In this document: positions 59,445 through 64,000 of the stretch, piece after piece
Position numbering within the stretch: position 1 is the stretch's first letter
Layout: each line of letters starts with the position of its first letter
Source of the DNA: Candidatus Sumerlaeia bacterium
Lineage (GTDB): Bacteria; Sumerlaeota; Sumerlaeia; SLMS01; JANRJK01
Assembly (NCBI GenBank): GCA_033764015.1
Contig: JANRJK010000013.1
Location: forward strand, 1 to 64,000
Direction of reading: 5' to 3'
Length of the DNA: 64,000 nt
Position numbers and translations under genes: made by a program
Notes under the pieces: generated by a model
What the model saw: only the letters and a program-made list of their open reading frames with translations
What the model was told of the DNA's origin: nothing
The model's database searches: none

Positions 59445-59720
59445 TTAGTTGGAAGCGGGCTCCGGCGTGGCGGGGACGATGTGGACGTACTTGCGGCCGG
59501 TGCCCTTGCGGATGAAGCGCACCACGCCGTCGATCTTCGCGAACAGCGTGAAGTCGCGCCCCTGGCCGACGTTCTTGCCTGGCCACCACTTGTTGCCGCA
59601 CTGGCGGACGATGATGGAGCCGCCGGGAACGAGCTTGCCGTCCGGCTCCTTCGCGCCGCGGCGCTGTGAATTCGAGTCGCGGCCGTTCTTGGTCGAGCCT
59701 ACGCCCTTCTTGTGTGCCAT
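59445..59720 (-). CDS. rpmA: 50S ribosomal protein L27
   Basis: [35 protein letters not shown]. Confidence 0.98.
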   Translation of the reverse strand: MAHKKGVGSTKNGRDSNSQRRGAKEPDGKLVPGGSIIVRQCGNKWWPGKNVGQGRDFTLFAKIDGVVRFIRKGTGRKYVHIVPATPEPASN

Positions 59721-59754
59721 GGGAGGATCCTCTCGTCTGGTTTCTGGGAGGGAA

Positions 59755-60084
59755 TCAGGCGAGAGCCTGACCGTTGAGGGTGACGCCGGAGACCTTCAGC
59801 TCGGTGAAGTCCTGCCGGTGCCCGCGGCGCTTCTCGTAGCCCTTGCGGCGCTTGTAGGTGAACACGCGGATCTTCGTTCCGCGGTCGTGGCGCAGCACCT
59901 GCGCCTCCACGGCGGCGCCCGCGACGAGCGGAGCGCCGAGCTGCAGGCCCGAGCCGTTGCTCAAAGCGAGCACCTCTTCCAACGTGATCGTCGATCCGGC
60001 CTCCGCTTCGAGGAGCGGAACCTGGATCCGGTCGCCCGGGGCGACCTTGTACTGCGAGTCTTTGATGCGAACCACTGCGTACAT
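59755..60084 (-). CDS. rplU: 50S ribosomal protein L21
   Basis: MYAVV...[21 protein letters not shown]. Confidence 0.97.
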   Translation of the reverse strand: MYAVVRIKDSQYKVAPGDRIQVPLLEAEAGSTITLEEVLALSNGSGLQLGAPLVAGAAVEAQVLRHDRGTKIRVFTYKRRKGYEKRRGHRQDFTELKVSGVTLNGQALA

Positions 60085-60173
60085 GGCGGCTTGTCGTCTT
60101 TCTGCGGAATAGCGCGCGGACTGGCCGCGCGGGGCGCGGAGGCGGCCATGGTGCCTCCTACGCGAAGCGGGGA

Positions 60174-60202
60174 AGTGTCGCGGACGGTTCCCCCCGTGTC
60201 AA
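60174..60202 (-). promoter_or_regulatory. Sigma70-type promoter of rplU-rpmA
   Basis: Minus strand TTGACA (60202-60197), 17-bp spacer, GACACT (60179-60174). Confidence 0.6.
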
Positions 60203-60220
60203 GCGCCGGAGGTTGCCGCT

Positions 60221-61666
60221 TCAGATACCCAGCTTAGACTTCAAGAGCGGCTGCACCTGCGCCGGGTTCGCCTTACCCTTGGTCCGCTTCATGATCTCGC
60301 CCACCAGGAACCCCATCGCCTTCATCTTGCCCGCCTTGATCTCCTCCACCGGCCCGGGGTTGGTCGCCAGCACCTCGTCGATGACCGGGCCCAGCGAGCC
60401 CTCGTCCAGCGGCTTCAGCCCCTTCTTCTCGACGATCGCCGAGGGCATCTCCCCGGTTTCGAGCATGTCCTTCACGACCTGCTTGCCGATCTTGCCGGTG
60501 ATCTCCTCCCGGTCGATCATGCGCACCAGCTCCGCCACGGCGGCGGGGGTGACCTTCAGGTCGGTGACGCGCGCGTCCTCGCCCCCCGTCTCGTTCAGCG
60601 CCCGCAGCAGCTCCGACGTGATCCAGTTCGCCAGGCCCTTCGCGTTGTCGTGCAGCGCGAGCGCCGCCTCGTAGTACTCCGCTGTTTCGCGGCGCGCCGT
60701 CAGCAGCCCGGCGTCGTAGTCGCTGAGCCCGAGCGCCTGCATGAAGCGCCGCTTCCGCGCGAGCGGCAGCTCCGGCAGCGTCGCTGCAACCGCGCTCTTG
60801 CGCTCCGCGGCGATGTGCCATTCGACCAGGTCCGGCTCGGGGAAGTAGCGGTAGTCGGACGAGCCCTCCTTGCGCCGCATCGAGCGCGTGATGCCCTCCG
60901 CCTCGTCCCAAAGGCGCGTCTCCTGCCAAAGCTCGTCGCCGTTCTCGAGCGCGCGGGTCTGCCGCTCGAACTCGTGGTCGATGGCCTTCAGGACGACGGA
61001 AACCGAGTTGAGGTTCTTGATCTCGACCTTGGTGCCGAGCTTCTCGTCGCCGGCGCGGCGGACGGAGATGTTCAGCTCGAAGCGCAGGCGGCCCTCCTGC
61101 ATCTTCGCCTCGGAGATTTCGAGGTACTCGAGGAACAGGCGCATGCCCTGCATGAAGGCGAGCGCTTCGTCCTTCGAGCGCATGTCGGGCGCGGAGACGA
61201 TCTCGAGCAGCGGCGTGCCGGCGCGGTTCAGGTCGACCAGCGTGTAGTCGACGTCGCTGTCCTCCGGATGGATGTTCTTCCCGGCGTCCTCCTCGAGGTG
61301 GATGTCGAGGATGCCGATGCGCTTGGTGCGGCCCTCGCCTAGGTCGATGTCGAAGTGGCCGTCGCGCCCGAGGTGGCGGTGGTGCTGGCTGATCTGGTAG
61401 TTCTTGGGCAGGTCGGGGTAGTAGTAGTTCTTGCGGTCGAAGGCGCAGGCGTCCGGGATGCGGCACTGGAGGGCGAGGGCGCACTTGAGCGCCAGCTCCG
61501 CGGCGGCCTCGTTGAGCACCGGCAGCGTGCCGGGCATGCCGAGGCAAACGGGGCAGGTCTGCGAATTGGGCGGGGCGCCGAACTCGGTCGAGCAGCCGCA
61601 GAAGTTTTTCGTGAGGGTCTTGAGCTCCGTGTGGACCTCGAAGCCGATGACCATTTCCCAGGACAT
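60221..61666 (-). CDS. gatB: Asp/Glu-tRNA amidotransferase subunit B
   Basis: [55 protein letters not shown]. Confidence 0.98.
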   Translation of the reverse strand: MSWEMVIGFEVHTELKTLTKNFCGCSTEFGAPPNSQTCPVCLGMPGTLPVLNEAAAELALKCALALQCRIPDACAFDRKNYYYPDLPKNYQISQHHRHLGRDGHFDIDLGEGRTKRIGILDIHLEEDAGKNIHPEDSDVDYTLVDLNRAGTPLLEIVSAPDMRSKDEALAFMQGMRLFLEYLEISEAKMQEGRLRFELNISVRRAGDEKLGTKVEIKNLNSVSVVLKAIDHEFERQTRALENGDELWQETRLWDEAEGITRSMRRKEGSSDYRYFPEPDLVEWHIAAERKSAVAATLPELPLARKRRFMQALGLSDYDAGLLTARRETAEYYEAALALHDNAKGLANWITSELLRALNETGGEDARVTDLKVTPAAVAELVRMIDREEITGKIGKQVVKDMLETGEMPSAIVEKKGLKPLDEGSLGPVIDEVLATNPGPVEEIKAGKMKAMGFLVGEIMKRTKGKANPAQVQPLLKSKLGI

Positions 61667-61836
61667 GCCGCGTCTCCTTCGGGGCCGCTCGCGGCGGCCA
61701 TGGCGCTACTGGGGGAGCGGACGCCGCGCGGGTCAACGGCGGGGTGGCGCGGCAAACCCCCGGGGGGGGCGTCCGCGTCGTATCCAACGGGCGACGCGCT
61801 TGACGCACCGCCCCCCGCGCCCCGCAATACACCGCC

Positions 61837-62706
61837 ATGACCCCAACCCTCCGGAACGCCTCCATGAACACAACCGCGACCACACTCCGCGCCGCCCTCG
61901 CCGCCGCCGCTCTCGCCGTGATCGGGAGCTGCGCCACCGTCGCCTCCGTCGAACGCCTCGCGGCCGATACGCTGATACCCGCCACGCAGGAGCGCGCCAT
62001 GGGCGAGCAGTACGCCACCCAGATCGAGGGCGAGACGCAGCTCTACGGCGACCCGGAGGTGGACGCCTACCTCAACGATCTTGGCCAGCGCCTCGTGCGC
62101 ACCTCGCCCCAGTCGCCCTTCGCCTTCTCGTTCAAGGCGGTGTCCGACCCGTCGCTCAACGCGTTCGCGCTGCCAGGGGGCTTCTGCTACGTCCACACGG
62201 GCCTGATCGCCGCGGCGGACAGCGAGGCGGAACTGGCCGCCGTCATGGGGCACGAGGTGAACCACGTCACACGCCGCCACGGCATGCGGAACCTCGTTCG
62301 CATGTACGGCATCGAGCAGGTCACCGCGAAGCTCGGCGGCGCGACCGCGGAGGGCGTCGCCGCCGTCGTCCAGCAGACCGGCGGCGCGATCACCGTGCGA
62401 AGCTTCGGCCGCGAGGACGAGCGCGAGGCGGACCGCTACGGCGTCCAGGCGATGTACGACGCGGGCTACGACCCGCAGGGCGCGGTTACGTTCTTCGAAA
62501 AGCTCAAGGCGGCCTCCGGCGGAGCGCGGGATGCCGGACTGCTCGGCCGCATCCTCTCGACCCACCCCGCCACCGACGAGCGCATCGCCAACATCAAGGC
62601 CCAGATCCAGACGCTCCCCGCCCGCTCCGACGCGCAGAAGGACAGCGAGGAGTTCCAACGCATCCGCGCCCGCGTTCGCGAGTCCATGGGCTGGGGCGGC
62701 GCGTGA
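61837..62706 (+). CDS. M48 family zinc metalloprotease, lipoprotein
   Basis: Lipobox [18 protein letters not shown] (HExxH), EREAD, LSTHP. The start may instead be the ATG at 61864. Confidence 0.92.
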   Translation: MTPTLRNASMNTTATTLRAALAAAALAVIGSCATVASVERLAADTLIPATQERAMGEQYATQIEGETQLYGDPEVDAYLNDLGQRLVRTSPQSPFAFSFKAVSDPSLNAFALPGGFCYVHTGLIAAADSEAELAAVMGHEVNHVTRRHGMRNLVRMYGIEQVTAKLGGATAEGVAAVVQQTGGAITVRSFGREDEREADRYGVQAMYDAGYDPQGAVTFFEKLKAASGGARDAGLLGRILSTHPATDERIANIKAQIQTLPARSDAQKDSEEFQRIRARVRESMGWGGA

Positions 62707-63725
62707 ACGCCGGCGATCCGCGCGTCGCGCGCCTTTTCGACCGGGCGCGCGCCCGCAAGCGCCGCATCGTCCTCCCCGAGGCCGCCACGGACGAGCGCAC
62801 CTTCCGCGCCGCCGCGTTCCTCGCCAAGGAGGGCCTCGCAACGCCAGTGCTCCTCGGCCGGCGCCAGGACCTCGAGACGACCGCCGAGGTGCTTCGGGTC
62901 TCGATCGTCGGCTGCGACACGGTGTTCGAACCCGACGACAAGGAGACCGGGGCCATCGTCGCCCGCTATGGCGAGCGCCGCGCGAAGGAGGGCCTCTCCC
63001 CGGGGCAGATCCGCGCCAAGCTCCTCGGCGATCCGGTGCTCTACGGGGCCGGTCTGGTCGGCATCGGCGCCGCGGACGGCATGGTGGCCGGCGCCATCAC
63101 CGCGACCGCGGATGTGATCCGGGCGGCGATCAAGCTGGTCGGCACCGCGCCGGGCATCGGCAGCGTGTCGTCGTTCTTCCTGATGCTGCTGCCCGAGGGC
63201 TCGCCGTTCGGCCACGAGGGCGCGCTGCTCTACGCCGACTGCGGCGTGATCCCCGACCCGTCGCCGGAGCAGCTCGCCGACATCGCCATCGCCACCGCGC
63301 GCTACGGGGAGCTGCTCCTCGACGGCTTCGAGCCCCGCGTCGCGATGCTCAGCTTCTCCACCAAGGGCAGCGCGGAGCACCCCCGCATCGACAAGGTCCG
63401 CGAGGGGCTGCGCCTGCTGCGCGAGCGCGCGCCCGGACTGGCCTGCGACGGCGAGTTGCAGGGCGACGCGGCGCTGGTTCCCTCCGTCGCCGAGCGCAAG
63501 TGCCCCGGCTCGCCGGTGGGTGGGCGCGCCAACTTGCTCGTCTTCCCCGACCTCGATTCGGGCAACATCGCGTACAAGCTCACGCAGCGCCTCGCGGGAG
63601 CGGTGGCGCTTGGACCGCTGCTGGCGGGGTTGGAGAAGCCGGTCAACGACCTGAGCCGCGGCGCGACCACGGAGGACATCGTCCAGGTGGCCGTGATCAC
63701 GGCGATCGAAGCGGGCGCCGCCTGA
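62703..63725 (+). CDS. pta: Phosphate acetyltransferase (short type I)
   Basis: [56 protein letters not shown]. Confidence 0.95.
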   Translation: MNAGDPRVARLFDRARARKRRIVLPEAATDERTFRAAAFLAKEGLATPVLLGRRQDLETTAEVLRVSIVGCDTVFEPDDKETGAIVARYGERRAKEGLSPGQIRAKLLGDPVLYGAGLVGIGAADGMVAGAITATADVIRAAIKLVGTAPGIGSVSSFFLMLLPEGSPFGHEGALLYADCGVIPDPSPEQLADIAIATARYGELLLDGFEPRVAMLSFSTKGSAEHPRIDKVREGLRLLRERAPGLACDGELQGDAALVPSVAERKCPGSPVGGRANLLVFPDLDSGNIAYKLTQRLAGAVALGPLLAGLEKPVNDLSRGATTEDIVQVAVITAIEAGAA

Positions 63726-63810
63726 GCGGTCGCGCTTCCGCGTTGCCACCGCTGCCGCGCCGCCGCGACATTCCCGCGCGTTGACGCACTCCCTGCCGCG
63801 AGGACTCCCC

Positions 63811-64000
63811 ATGCTCTCCCTTTACGACCAGATCCAGGAAACCGCCCAGTTCCTAAAGGCGAAGGTGGACCGCAAGCCCCGCGTGGGCGTCATCTGCGGC
63901 ACCGGCATGGGCGCCCTCGCCGAGCAGCCGGAAGGCCTCGTCAAGGTCCCCTACCAGGAGATTCCCCACTTCCCCGTCGCCACCGTCGAGTCGCACCCCG
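63811..64000 (+). CDS. punA: Purine nucleoside phosphorylase (trimeric type), 5' part only
   Basis: Translated by eye: MLSLYDQIQETAQFLKAKVDRKPRVGVICGTGMG...VPYQEIPHFPVATVESHP; AGGA Shine-Dalgarno. Confidence 0.85.
   Translation, partial: MLSLYDQIQETAQFLKAKVDRKPRVGVICGTGMGALAEQPEGLVKVPYQEIPHFPVATVESHP

Noticed and set aside
59445..60084. Prp-processed L27 system
   Set aside because: No prp gene lies between rplU and rpmA, and L27 has no N-terminal extension.
60221..61666. gatB without gatA and gatC
   Set aside because: Split gatCAB loci are common; the partners are probably outside the window.
1..64000. Many long overlapping ORFs (e.g. 1794-3464 minus, 10960-13434 minus, 39302-41554 minus, 16195-18021 plus)
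   Set aside because: Arg/Pro/Ala-rich or antisense mirror frames of recognisable genes, expected from stop-codon scarcity in high-GC DNA.

Overview
Very GC-rich, gene-dense bacterial chromosome segment with about 55 real CDSs. Most long ORFs in the six-frame track are antisense or out-of-frame shadows. I saw no rRNA, tRNA, CRISPR array, transposase or integrase. Housekeeping genes include topA, rpoZ, deaD, birA, uppP, pgi, fpr, mazG, yajQ, yggS, rplU-rpmA, gatB, pta and a partial punA. The style of the pilin-like protein (AFTLIELLIVVAIIA...PNFLEAQTRAK...YDPTNGTxSxGD) suggests Sumerlaeota/BRC1 or a related lineage; this is inference from recall, not a search. Most interesting accessory features: (1) a circularly permuted ATP-grasp/alpha-E fusion that appears to lack its whole lid subdomain and catalytic motifs, coupled to an intact transglutaminase; (2) a five-gene operon of SpoIVB/S55 protease, beta-propeller, PDZ-radical SAM (DUF512), O-antigen-ligase-like and GT-C-like genes; (3) a divergent, tightly coupled ten-gene operon with birA, an apparently dead beta-lactamase-fold protein, MlaF/MlaD without MlaE, three GT-C enzymes (one DUF2723/TMEM260-like), a GT2 and uppP; (4) a STAS-STAS-RsbW module ending in an HD dNTPase-like gene, with no sigma factor or PP2C; (5) a 1613-aa surface protein with 12 BACON-like repeats on an exact 261-bp period with an AAAB-AAAB higher-order duplication; (6) a parvulin chaperone with a LysM domain inserted in its rotamase domain. 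All family assignments come from motif recognition by eye, and start codons were trimmed by judgement.
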